Shown here: one piece after another, positions 6,917 through 15,879 of the stretch
How positions within the stretch are numbered: the stretch's first letter is position 1
Layout of the letters: each line of letters starts with the position of its first letter
NCBI GenBank assembly: GCA_037134915.1
Contig: JBAXLJ010000002.1
Location: 935-64,934, forward strand
Reading direction: 5' to 3'
DNA: 64,000 nt
DNA from: Candidatus Falkowbacteria bacterium
GTDB lineage: Bacteria > Patescibacteriota > Patescibacteriia > Patescibacteriales > UBA12465
Program-made: the position numbers and the translations under genes
The notes under the pieces: generated by a model
Databases searched by the model: none
Seen by the model: the letters and a program-made list of their open reading frames with translations, nothing else
Told to the model about the DNA's origin: nothing

Positions 6917-8401
6917 TTAATTAACCGGAGTGGCAATAACAATCGGTTCGCCAGTCGGATACTGAGCTAAGAGTTGTGGGGAAATACTAATTACGTTACT
7001 GAATTTGTAGCCCAAATTTATAAAGACATCACCGCTAGCAAAGGGTCTTTTGCGACCGCCAGAAATAAGATAAACAGTAGCTGAGCTCGGGGAACTTAAG
7101 AGTTCGCCGTCATCAAATAGAACGGGGCTGCCTTTGGTGTATTTGTTAAGTTCTAAAGTTGTTCCTTTAGTAACCTTTTTACCCTTAAATTTGGTATTTA
7201 GCAAGACTTTGTCTGTAATCGGATATTTATAACCGCTTTCAATATAGAAAATACCGCCTGATTTAGGGTCTTGCAATAACTTGCCGGTCGGATAAGTGGA
7301 GGTGGCCGTAATAATTTGACCAGTAGTATAGGAGCTTAATTCTTCGGGGGTTGCTTTAATAATCTCTTCAGCATTAAAACCGATCTTTTTAAAAATATCT
7401 TTAGAGATTATCGGTCTTTTTTCATTATTAACTAATAAATAAATGCCACCGGTCGGGATTTGCACTAATGAGTAATTAGGGAACTTAATGGGGTCGCCCT
7501 TAGTATAAGAAGCTAAGGCAGAAGCGTCTGTTATTACAATTTTTTTAGGATCGAAGCGGGAAATAAGCGCGCTATAACTAGCGAAGGGTCGTTTCTGTCC
7601 GTTTTGCAGTAACCAGACACCGGATTCACCATTTATCTGTAGCAAAGTGCCATCGGGATAATTCTTGGTGCCCTTAGGAAAATATTTTTTATACAGAACA
7701 AAAAAATTATAGTTACCGTTATAAACATGGGGGGTGTAATTATATAAGGCGGCGGTGGCAAGATTGTCCGGTGTGACCGTGGTGACTAAATCACTACAAT
7801 AAGCATTATAAGGGTTATTAAAAGTATAAGTTTGGCCCATCTTATAAGGATAACGGTCGTGCTCGTTCATATAAGCTAAAAACTGGAGCGCGGCGCTATT
7901 TATTTGTTTGCCTAGTCCTTTGTAATAGGGGTTACAGGCATTGCCATCGGGGCAGCCATAACCGGTGGCCCAATCAAGTCTTGACTGGGCTGGAGCCGAG
8001 CTTTCAATTAAACTCGATTCTTTCTGTAATAAAGCGATGAGAAATTTAGGATTAATTGTAGTAATTTTACGACACTTAGCTTGACGAGTGGCTTCGGTAG
8101 GGCTGTCGCCTAGGTCAATATTAGAGCAATCATAGTTGTTATTAGCGGCATCGTAAATTATTTCAGCGGCGCTTTTAAGGGTGCCATAAGAATTCAAAGT
8201 GCTATAAGTGGCCAAATAACTATTTTTGTTAGCTAAAAAATTCTGAATATCAGACACACTTAAGCTTCGAGTGTCTAACATTTCCGAGTCATCAATAATG
8301 TGATTAGGATTGAAAGTGGGGTCTAGCGCCTGAGCTGATACTGGTAAAATCGGGAGCACTAAACTAATAATCATTAAAATCCCAAAAAATTTATTTGACA
8401 T
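6917..8401 (-). CDS. Secreted protein with four C-terminal ~50-aa repeats; the N-terminal domain may be a cell-wall hydrolase
   Basis: Signal peptide MSNKFFGILMIISLVLPILPVSAQA. LLQKESSL resembles a lytic-transglycosylase catalytic ES motif (weak). Repeats of the form G.(L/Y)LL.NG.KRP(F/I).S..(F/I) occur four times. Confidence 0.55.
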   Translation of the reverse strand: MSNKFFGILMIISLVLPILPVSAQALDPTFNPNHIIDDSEMLDTRSLSVSDIQNFLANKNSYLATYSTLNSYGTLKSAAEIIYDAANNNYDCSNIDLGDSPTEATRQAKCRKITTINPKFLIALLQKESSLIESSAPAQSRLDWATGYGCPDGNACNPYYKGLGKQINSAALQFLAYMNEHDRYPYKMGQTYTFNNPYNAYCSDLVTTVTPDNLATAALYNYTPHVYNGNYNFFVLYKKYFPKGTKNYPDGTLLQINGESGVWLLQNGQKRPFASYSALISRFDPKKIVITDASALASYTKGDPIKFPNYSLVQIPTGGIYLLVNNEKRPIISKDIFKKIGFNAEEIIKATPEELSSYTTGQIITATSTYPTGKLLQDPKSGGIFYIESGYKYPITDKVLLNTKFKGKKVTKGTTLELNKYTKGSPVLFDDGELLSSPSSATVYLISGGRKRPFASGDVFINLGYKFSNVISISPQLLAQYPTGEPIVIATPVN

Positions 8402-8483
8402 ATATTAAATAGTTGCTTTATTACAAGGATAACTATTCTATTATAATATAAATAGGATTCTTTGGCTAATGTCTTAGTATAAG

Positions 8484-8512
8484 AAAAGGCGCTCATTTTG
8501 TAAGAGCGCCCT
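8484..8512 (-). terminator. Terminator downstream of the DHH-like gene
   Basis: On the minus strand: ggcgctc / gagcgcc stem followed by ttttctt. Confidence 0.7.
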
Positions 8513-8516
8513 TTAT

Positions 8517-9404
8517 TTAGTTTAAATCAATTAAGATTTTTTTCAGCAGACTTTCGTGGTCCCCATTCAGATTAACCCGAAAGGCGGAGCCGCCTGGCAA
8601 GTTTAGTTTTTTGACTAAATTTAAATCCTTGCGGTTGGTGGCTAACATCGTTATTGGTTCGCCATTTTCCAATGAAAAAAATTGAGCGATGACCACCGGA
8701 AATCTCTTGTACCCCTCCAGACATAAGAGGGTTTTATCGACTTTGGCTTTGCCTAAGGTAATTAAACCGATGCCGGGAGCAACTTCCACCAGCGATTCGG
8801 CGGCTGCATGGGTAACTCGCATAATGGCGCTGTAACGGCTCCCAAAGTTGGTGATCATTTCCGATTTTTGTTGAGTCAGGAGTTCGTCGATAAAAGCGTG
8901 CTGTATTTTAGAAATTGCCTCTTTATCACCATATTGAAGATCAATTAGCGCCACTTTAAAGGCCCGGTTATATCGTTCGGATAATTCAGTGGCTGGAAAT
9001 TCCGTTGGTCGGTCGCAAGCGTTAGCGGCATCGATCCATTCCTGGGGGATATTATAATACCCCTTAATTCTGCAAAGTAATGACGGACACGAGGGGGCGT
9101 CAAGATCAAAATGTAATCTTTCACCAAGTAAATCAATCAGGATTTCCGTGCCCTGATGGTGATCTACCCAAAGAGCAATTCGCTCATCATTTCTGGAGAT
9201 AAATCGGGCGGTCATGGTGGCGTCGCGGTTGTTAATCGCCATATCCACTACATAAATTAAATCGACATCTTCCTCGACCTTTACCTCGTTTAAGAGAAAA
9301 GGTTGGGTAATGGCAAACGAGATCGAGCCACCAATTCTTTTAGCAATCGCGGCGGCCGCAATAACGCCATCGCCATCGCCGTGGCAAATAATTAAATTTT
9401 TCAT
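8517..9404 (-). CDS. DHH-family phosphoesterase-like protein
   Basis: MKNLIICHGDGDGVIAAAAIA (DHH motif I-like), VVDMA (II), LWVDHHQG (III). I prefer the ATG at 9404. The track ORF extends to 9488. Confidence 0.55.
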   Translation of the reverse strand: MKNLIICHGDGDGVIAAAAIAKRIGGSISFAITQPFLLNEVKVEEDVDLIYVVDMAINNRDATMTARFISRNDERIALWVDHHQGTEILIDLLGERLHFDLDAPSCPSLLCRIKGYYNIPQEWIDAANACDRPTEFPATELSERYNRAFKVALIDLQYGDKEAISKIQHAFIDELLTQQKSEMITNFGSRYSAIMRVTHAAAESLVEVAPGIGLITLGKAKVDKTLLCLEGYKRFPVVIAQFFSLENGEPITMLATNRKDLNLVKKLNLPGGSAFRVNLNGDHESLLKKILIDLN

Positions 9405-9491
9405 TTCTGCTTCTTTTTTTTGGTTAATATTTAATTTTAAATGATCCTTCTGAGACCTAAATCTATCATTTATTATTACTTTTGTCAATAC

Positions 9492-9524
9492 AAAAAAGAC
9501 GGTCTAGTGATGACCGTCTTTTTT
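9492..9524 (-). terminator. Terminator downstream of clpB
   Basis: aaaaaagacggtc / gaccgtctttttt perfect stem with a 7-nt loop, 10 nt after the clpB stop. Confidence 0.85.
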
Positions 9525-9534
9525 GAGCTTCTAT

Positions 9535-12168
9535 TTAGATAACACTGATAACAATTTCTTCAGTTTTACCGATTTCAATTTTTACTTTGTCACCTTCTTT
9601 AATCTTACCTTCGATAATATCTAGAGCCAGTTCATCGAGTAACATCGTTTGGATAATGCGCTTGAGCGGTCTGGCACCATAAGTTGGGTCATAACCTTTC
9701 TCAGCCAGCGTCTTCTTAACTTTGGCGCTGATTTTAAGAGTAATGTTTTTATTATGCAAACGGTTTTCCACTTTAGCCAGTTCTAAGTCGACAATATTTT
9801 CTAAGGCTTCTTTAGACAGACTTTTAAACAAGACAATTTCATCGATTCGGTTTAGAAATTCCAGTTTAAAATGATTGCGCAAAATCTTATCAATTTTTTC
9901 TTTCATCTCATCTTGGCGCCAATTATTTTTATCTTCTTGTTCGCCAGCGTTAAAACCAATGGTGTATTGTTTAATGATCTCATTGCCTAAATTAGAGGTC
10001 ATGATAATAATGGTGTTTTTGAAGTTGATGGTTCGTCCTTTAGAATCAGTGAGCCGGCCGTCATCTAAAATCTGGAGCAGCATATTAAAGGTATCGGGAT
10101 GAGCTTTTTCAATCTCATCAAATAAGACGACGGAATAAGGATGACGGCGCACCTTATCAGTTAACTGTCCGCCTTCTTCGTGTCCGATATAGCCTGGTGG
10201 GGAACCGATTAATTTAGCCACGGAATGTTTTTCCATAAACTCACTCATGTCGATTCTAATTAAAGAATTCTCATCATCAAAAATGAATCGGGCCATCGCT
10301 TTGGCTAGTTCCGTTTTACCAACGCCGGTGGGGCCAACAAACAAAAAGGAACCAATGGGTCGTTTTTCTTCATTAATGCCGGCGCGAGAACGACGAATGG
10401 CGTTGGCCACTGCTTTAATGGCTTCATTTTGACCAATTACTTCTTGGGTTAAAACGTTTTCCGCTTCACCTAATTTTTTCGCTTCCGAAGTTAACATTTT
10501 TTGCACGGGAATCCCGGTCCAACGAGCGACAACTTTAGCGACATCTTCTTCGTCAACTTCCTCTTTTAAGATTCTCTGGCCTTTCTTTTGAATCTTGGTC
10601 AGTTCGTCTTGAAATTTTTTAATATTATTTTCGAGGGTGGGAATCAAGCCGTATTTTATCTTAGCCACTTCGGTTAAGTCAGATCCTTGACGCTGGATAA
10701 TTTCCGCTTTAGTTTTTAACTCTTCAATTTCTTTTTTGGAATTTCGAATTTCCGAGATGATATTTTTTTCATTATTCCAATGCAGCTCTAATTGAGAAGA
10801 TTGTTCTTTTAGTTTAGCTAGTTCCTGATTTATGGTTCGTAGCTTGCTAGATTTTTTATCAGTGGCCACAATCGCGGCTTTATTTATCTCTAATTGTTTA
10901 ATGTTTCGTTTAAGTTGGTCGAGCTCTTCGGGCATAGAATCAATTTCCATCCGGAGCGATGAGGTCGCCTCGTCAATTAAATCAACGGCCTTGTCAGGTA
11001 AGAAACGATCACTAATATAACGGTCGGATAATTTGGCAGCGGCAATTAAAGCATCGTCAGTAATTCTAACGCCGTGGTGAACCTCATATTTTTCTTTGAG
11101 GCCACGCAACATACTGATAGTATCTTCAACGCTGGGTTCGTTAACTAAAATCGGCTGAAAACGACGTTCTAGAGCCGCGTCTTTTTCAATATATTTTTGG
11201 TATTCTTTAGTAGTCGTGGCGCCGATTGTGCGCAACTCACCGCGAGCTAAAGCCGGCTTTAACATATTAGAAGCATCCATTGAGCCTTCGCTTTGTCCAG
11301 CACCAACAAGAGTATGTAATTCATCGATGAATAGGATAATGCGGCCATTTTGTGATTTTACTTCGCGAAGCACGGCTTTTAATCGATCTTCAAATTCACC
11401 GCGAAATTTAGCCCCGGCGATTAACGCCCCTAAATCTAAGGTCACCACTTCTTTATTCTTTAAATTTTCTGGGACATCACCAGAAACAATTCGTTGGGCT
11501 AGGCCTTCGACGATGGCGGTTTTTCCGGTTCCAGGTTCACCGATCAAAACTGGATTATTCTTGGTGCGACGCAACAGTATCTGCATGATGCGACGGATTT
11601 CAGTGTCGCGACCGACCACGGGGTCAAGTTTTTCGTTGCGGGCTAGCTCCGTTAAGTTGGTGGTATATTTTTCCAAGACTTTAAATTTAGTTTCGGGGTA
11701 GGGGTCAGTGATATGGGAGTCGCCGCGTAAGTCTTTAAGAATATTTTTGACGATTTGATATTCGGCTTTGAAATTTAATAAAATATTTTGCGCCGGGGAA
11801 GGCACGCCGATCAAAGCTAAAAAAATATGTTCCGTCGAAATAAATTCGTCACCCATCCCGTCGGCTTCTTTTTGGGCCCGTTCTAAAATAATCGCCGTTT
11901 CACTGGTCCCAGAAACAGCCTGAATCGGACCGTCTTGCGGCTTAACCTTAATCTTGGGTAATTTATTAATCTCGGTTACGACGTAATTTTCAATTAAGTC
12001 TGGATCAATTTTTATTTTTTCTAGTAAGGGTTTTATCAGTCCCTCGTTTTGTTGTAATAAGGCGAGTAAGATGTGCACGGCTTCAATATTTGCCTGTCCG
12101 TTAGCCGCCGCAATCATTTGCGCACCAATAATTGCTTCTTGGGATTTATCTGTGAATTTATTGAACAT
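9535..12168 (-). CDS. clpB: ATP-dependent chaperone ClpB
   Basis: Clp_N repeats. NBD1 has [15 protein letters not shown] and [15 protein letters not shown] long coiled-coil middle domain is present. NBD2 has [13 protein letters not shown] and [11 protein letters not shown]. Length is 877 aa. Confidence 0.95.
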   Translation of the reverse strand: MFNKFTDKSQEAIIGAQMIAAANGQANIEAVHILLALLQQNEGLIKPLLEKIKIDPDLIENYVVTEINKLPKIKVKPQDGPIQAVSGTSETAIILERAQKEADGMGDEFISTEHIFLALIGVPSPAQNILLNFKAEYQIVKNILKDLRGDSHITDPYPETKFKVLEKYTTNLTELARNEKLDPVVGRDTEIRRIMQILLRRTKNNPVLIGEPGTGKTAIVEGLAQRIVSGDVPENLKNKEVVTLDLGALIAGAKFRGEFEDRLKAVLREVKSQNGRIILFIDELHTLVGAGQSEGSMDASNMLKPALARGELRTIGATTTKEYQKYIEKDAALERRFQPILVNEPSVEDTISMLRGLKEKYEVHHGVRITDDALIAAAKLSDRYISDRFLPDKAVDLIDEATSSLRMEIDSMPEELDQLKRNIKQLEINKAAIVATDKKSSKLRTINQELAKLKEQSSQLELHWNNEKNIISEIRNSKKEIEELKTKAEIIQRQGSDLTEVAKIKYGLIPTLENNIKKFQDELTKIQKKGQRILKEEVDEEDVAKVVARWTGIPVQKMLTSEAKKLGEAENVLTQEVIGQNEAIKAVANAIRRSRAGINEEKRPIGSFLFVGPTGVGKTELAKAMARFIFDDENSLIRIDMSEFMEKHSVAKLIGSPPGYIGHEEGGQLTDKVRRHPYSVVLFDEIEKAHPDTFNMLLQILDDGRLTDSKGRTINFKNTIIIMTSNLGNEIIKQYTIGFNAGEQEDKNNWRQDEMKEKIDKILRNHFKLEFLNRIDEIVLFKSLSKEALENIVDLELAKVENRLHNKNITLKISAKVKKTLAEKGYDPTYGARPLKRIIQTMLLDELALDIIEGKIKEGDKVKIEIGKTEEIVISVI

Positions 12169-12189
12169 ATATGTATTTTTTTTAGTTAA

Positions 12190-12216
12190 TTAGCAGTCAA
12201 GCATTATGAGTGCTAA
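12190..12216. promoter_or_regulatory. CIRCE operator (HrcA binding site) in the clpB 5' UTR
   Basis: TTAGCAGTC-aagcattat-GAGTGCTAA against the consensus TTAGCACTC-N9-GAGTGCTAA (17/18 match). It lies 22 nt upstream of the clpB start. Confidence 0.8.
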
Positions 12217-12220
12217 GCTA

Positions 12221-12249
12221 ATAATACCCTAGCTTCCGCCCGCTGTCAA
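12221..12249 (-). promoter_or_regulatory. clpB promoter (TTGACA-N17-TATTAT on the minus strand)
   Basis: The reverse complement of 12244-12249 is TTGACA and that of 12221-12226 is TATTAT. The spacer is 17 nt. It sits immediately upstream of CIRCE. Confidence 0.7.
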
Positions 12250-12333
12250 TGCTACTTAATAAGCTAAATCGACCCCTTATTTTAGTGGTGGTCTTAGCTT
12301 AGTTTCTGCTATAATAGAACTAACTATAAATTT

Positions 12334-12759
12334 ATGCCTTATAACAGTGAAGCCATTAGACCGCTATCTTTAGCGATTATTCGAAATCATAAAAATCAAA
12401 TTCTCGTTTCTCCGGGTTACGATGAGAAAAAAGGGGAATCTTTTTATCGCTTGCTGGGCGGTGGCATTGAATTTGGGGAATCCTCACTTGAAGCCTTATG
12501 TCGCGAATTTAAGGAAGAGTTAAACGTTGAACTGACAGACTGCCATCTACTTAAAGTGGCTGAGAACATTTTTTCTTTTAACGGACTCCCGGGGCATGAA
12601 CTGAATTTTATTTATGAGGCCAAATTTTTAGACCCTAAAGATTATCTCCGTGATCATTTTTCAATTCTAGATTCTCAGGATGAGGGGCGGGCCATTTGGC
12701 TGGATTTGTCAGACAAAGATAAACAAATAATTTATCCCGATATTTCGGCCTGGCTTTAA
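12334..12759 (+). CDS. NUDIX hydrolase
   Basis: Nudix box GGGIEFGESSLEALCREFKEELNV. Confidence 0.85.
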   Translation: MPYNSEAIRPLSLAIIRNHKNQILVSPGYDEKKGESFYRLLGGGIEFGESSLEALCREFKEELNVELTDCHLLKVAENIFSFNGLPGHELNFIYEAKFLDPKDYLRDHFSILDSQDEGRAIWLDLSDKDKQIIYPDISAWL

Positions 12760-12806
12760 TAATTTTTATTTTTATCCTAATTTTATTTGTGGTATAATTA
12801 AAAAAT

Positions 12807-13169
12807 ATGAAACATAATTCAGTTACTTACACTGGAAAAATTTTGACGATTATTCTTTGGGATTTTTTATATTTTCCGCTCTGGTGGTATAGCGCCGGCT
12901 TAGTTAAAACGGCTCGGGGCGTTCTCAATTTTTATAAGAATCAAGAAGCGGCTTTAGGTTTTTTAGTTTGGTTAAAAAATATTCTGGTACCGATGTATGG
13001 ACAAAGAGATTTAGCTGGTCGCTTAGTTTCTTTTTTTGTCCGTTTAGTCCAGGTGATTTATCGCGGCCTAGTGATGTTAGTAGTTATTTTTTTAGGCTTG
13101 GTTTTTTTCATCTTTTATTTAATTCTGCCCCCGCTTATTCTGCTAGCTGTTTATAAACAGCTTTTTTAA
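12807..13169 (+). CDS. Small membrane protein, hypothetical
   Basis: 120 aa with hydrophobic helices at the N and C termini. The stop lies 4 nt before the next gene, so an operon is likely. Confidence 0.5.
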   Translation: MKHNSVTYTGKILTIILWDFLYFPLWWYSAGLVKTARGVLNFYKNQEAALGFLVWLKNILVPMYGQRDLAGRLVSFFVRLVQVIYRGLVMLVVIFLGLVFFIFYLILPPLILLAVYKQLF

Positions 13170-13173
13170 TTTT

Positions 13174-15852
13174 ATGAATGAAGAAGTTCCTAAATTTGAA
13201 TATAATGAGAAGTTAAAGAGTTTTGGCTTATGGTTTTTAGGCTCTTTTATTTTTTGTCGCTTAAATCTTAAGCGGTCCCTTATCATCTTGGACAAAACTT
13301 TAATTCGAGTCCGTCGTTTGGTAAATTTTATTGCTTTCTGTTTGGCGGCCTTAGGCTGGATAGCTTTGGTTTGGTATTTTTACGATAAAAGATTTTGGCT
13401 ATTTACCAGTCCATTACAGATTTTGCGTCCGGAAAATTATCAGCACCCCCTGATGCTGGTTTTCTGGCTGTCTTTAATTTTTGATTTATTTCTATATTAT
13501 CGCACGAGTGTTACTTTGTCGGCCAAACAAAAAATTAATTATCAGAAATTTCAAATTGATAATAAGAACGGACAATTTAAGAAAAAAGTTAATTGGAATT
13601 TAGCTAAAACTTTAGACGACGAGGCCAAGAGTGTTATTGATGAGGCTTATTTGTTGGCTGCGAGCCTTAAACAGGCGGAAGTAAATCCTCGTCATCTCTT
13701 TCGAGCCCTGCTTAAAACGAAAAAAATTCAAGCGATGTTTATTCGCCTGGGAGTTGACGCTAATCTACTGATTGAAAAATTAGATAAGCATTTAGCTGAT
13801 GACTCCTTGGCCTCTAAAAACACGGTTCTTAGCAATGAGTTAAAAGAAATAATTATCTTATCGGGATTGGAAGCTTTTTCACGTCAGCAAATAGCGACCA
13901 CCGTTTTAGATTTGGCTGGACCTTGTTACGCCCACGATTCGATTTTGGCGGAAATTTTGTATGATTTAGAGGTTGACGAAAACAAAATAAAAAATGTGAT
14001 TGCTTGGTTTCGAGTTAATGATGAACTGACTCAGAATTACCGCTCCTATCATCAGGCTTCACTTTTAAAGCCCACGACGAATATGAACCGCTCTTATACA
14101 GCGGTCGCTACGCCGACCTTAGATCATTTTTCCAGCGACCTAACTCTAGAAGCGATTTCTGGAAACCTAGATTTATGTATTGAGCGGAATAAAGAGATAA
14201 CTTCTATTTTTGAAGCTTACGCTGGCGGACACGCCGGTGTTTTGCTAGTTGGAACCACTGGAGTTGGCAAAAGAACTATCGTTGAAGGTTTGGCCAGGCT
14301 AATGGTTAAAGAAAGTGTGCCTAAATTCTTGCAGGACAAAAGATTAATCGAGCTTGATTTAGCAGCGCTTATTTCCGGCGCTACGCCAAGTGGCGCTCAA
14401 GAAAGACTGCTTAATTGTCTAACAGAAGTAAATCAAGCCGGTAATATTATTTTATATATTCCTAACGTTGAAAATTTAATCGGTATCAGCTCAGGTGCTG
14501 AAGAGAGTTTTGAACTCTCAGAAGTTTTAGCCGAGGCGATAAACAAGCAAGCTTTATTTTGCTTAGCGACGACCACTCCGGAAAATTATACTAAATTTAT
14601 CGAGGGTAAGTCTCTGGGCGAAGAACTAACTACTGTCGGGGTTTTAGAACCCAATTTTAATCAGATAATTCAGATTTTAGAAAGTAAAGCTAGTAACCTG
14701 GAAGCTCGTTACGGTATTTATTTAACTTATAGTGCTTTAGAGAAAACCGTCAGTTTATCTAATAAGTATTTACACGACGCTAGCAGTCCGCTTAAAGCGA
14801 TTAATCTGTTACAAAAAGCGGCGCTTATTGCTAGCAAAGTCGCGCGTAATAATCCTCAGAAGGTAATTTGCGACGGGGAGGCGGTGGCGGCGGCGATTGA
14901 AGATTTAACCGGTATTCCGGCGAGCAAAGTCTCTGAAGACGAGGGGCAAAAATTACTTAATTTAGAAACTGATATCCATGAACGGATGATTGGCCAAGAA
15001 GAGGCGGTAAAAGCGGTTTCTGCTTCACTACGTCGTGCGCGCGCCGAACTTAAAGATACCGCTCGACCAATCGCTAGTTTTTTATTTTTAGGTCCGACTG
15101 GGGTGGGGAAAACTGAGCTGGCTAAAACCGTGTCGGAAGTTTATTTTGGTAGCGAAGATTACATGATTCGCTTGGATATGAGTGAATATCAAGAAGCTAG
15201 CAGTGTCAGTAAAATGATTGGCGCGCCTAACGGAACCTTAGGTTACTTAACGGAAGCGGTGCGTAAAAAGCCCTTTTCTTTAATCCTTTTAGACGAAATC
15301 GAAAAAGCTAACCCAGATATTTTAAATTTATTTTTACAACTACTCGATGATGGTCGCTTAACCGATGGCCAAGGACGAACTATTAGTTTTGCGCAGTCAA
15401 TTATTATTGCAACTTCCAATATTGGTTCAGTATTTATTCAAGAGGAAATTAAATTGGGCGTCGAGACTAATTTGATCAAACAGGATTTAGTTGATAACCA
15501 GTTGAATAAGTATATGCGCCCCGAACTAATTAATCGTTTTGACAGTATTGTCGTCTTTAGGCCGCTAACCGAAGAAGATATTTTTACCATTGCAACTTTG
15601 ATGCTTAAGAAGATTAAGAAAAATTTAGCGGAGAAGGGGGTTAATTTTAAGGCCGATAAAACCGGGGTTCAGATTTTAGCTAAAGCGGGCTACGACCCTA
15701 AATTTGGTGCCAGGCCGCTGCGGCGTTTACTTCAGGAGCGAGTTGAAGATGAGGTTGCTAATTTATTCTTAGCTGCTAAGCTAAAAAGGCGCGACACGGT
15801 TTTTATCGATAATCGCGGTAAAATTGGTGTTGAAAAAGCCCGTGAATTATAA
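13174..15852 (+). CDS. Membrane-anchored Clp/Hsp100-family AAA+ ATPase with a degenerate first nucleotide-binding domain
   Basis: ~110-aa hydrophobic N terminus, then Clp_N-like repeats. NBD1 Walker A is GTTGVGKRT and the Walker B position reads ILYIPNVENL (DE lost). NBD2 is intact ([24 protein letters not shown]). No long ClpB-type coiled coil. Confidence 0.8.
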   Translation: MNEEVPKFEYNEKLKSFGLWFLGSFIFCRLNLKRSLIILDKTLIRVRRLVNFIAFCLAALGWIALVWYFYDKRFWLFTSPLQILRPENYQHPLMLVFWLSLIFDLFLYYRTSVTLSAKQKINYQKFQIDNKNGQFKKKVNWNLAKTLDDEAKSVIDEAYLLAASLKQAEVNPRHLFRALLKTKKIQAMFIRLGVDANLLIEKLDKHLADDSLASKNTVLSNELKEIIILSGLEAFSRQQIATTVLDLAGPCYAHDSILAEILYDLEVDENKIKNVIAWFRVNDELTQNYRSYHQASLLKPTTNMNRSYTAVATPTLDHFSSDLTLEAISGNLDLCIERNKEITSIFEAYAGGHAGVLLVGTTGVGKRTIVEGLARLMVKESVPKFLQDKRLIELDLAALISGATPSGAQERLLNCLTEVNQAGNIILYIPNVENLIGISSGAEESFELSEVLAEAINKQALFCLATTTPENYTKFIEGKSLGEELTTVGVLEPNFNQIIQILESKASNLEARYGIYLTYSALEKTVSLSNKYLHDASSPLKAINLLQKAALIASKVARNNPQKVICDGEAVAAAIEDLTGIPASKVSEDEGQKLLNLETDIHERMIGQEEAVKAVSASLRRARAELKDTARPIASFLFLGPTGVGKTELAKTVSEVYFGSEDYMIRLDMSEYQEASSVSKMIGAPNGTLGYLTEAVRKKPFSLILLDEIEKANPDILNLFLQLLDDGRLTDGQGRTISFAQSIIIATSNIGSVFIQEEIKLGVETNLIKQDLVDNQLNKYMRPELINRFDSIVVFRPLTEEDIFTIATLMLKKIKKNLAEKGVNFKADKTGVQILAKAGYDPKFGARPLRRLLQERVEDEVANLFLAAKLKRRDTVFIDNRGKIGVEKAREL

Positions 15853-15879
15853 AGAGTATTTCCGAATTTATTAAAAGTT

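Noticed and set aside
9875-11701. Four plus-strand ORFs (9875-10102, 10247-10432, 10832-11020, 11216-11701) listed in the track.
   Set aside because: All lie entirely antisense within clpB and have low-complexity Ser/Arg/Pro-rich translations. They are shadow ORFs. The same reasoning applies to the other embedded or antisense track ORFs, for example 373-591, 673-912, 3841-4110, 22817-23203, 30584-30919, 32867-33398, 36059-36387, 39150-39383, 41765-42001, 44528-44752, 50812-51068, 53572-53802 and 60344-60547.
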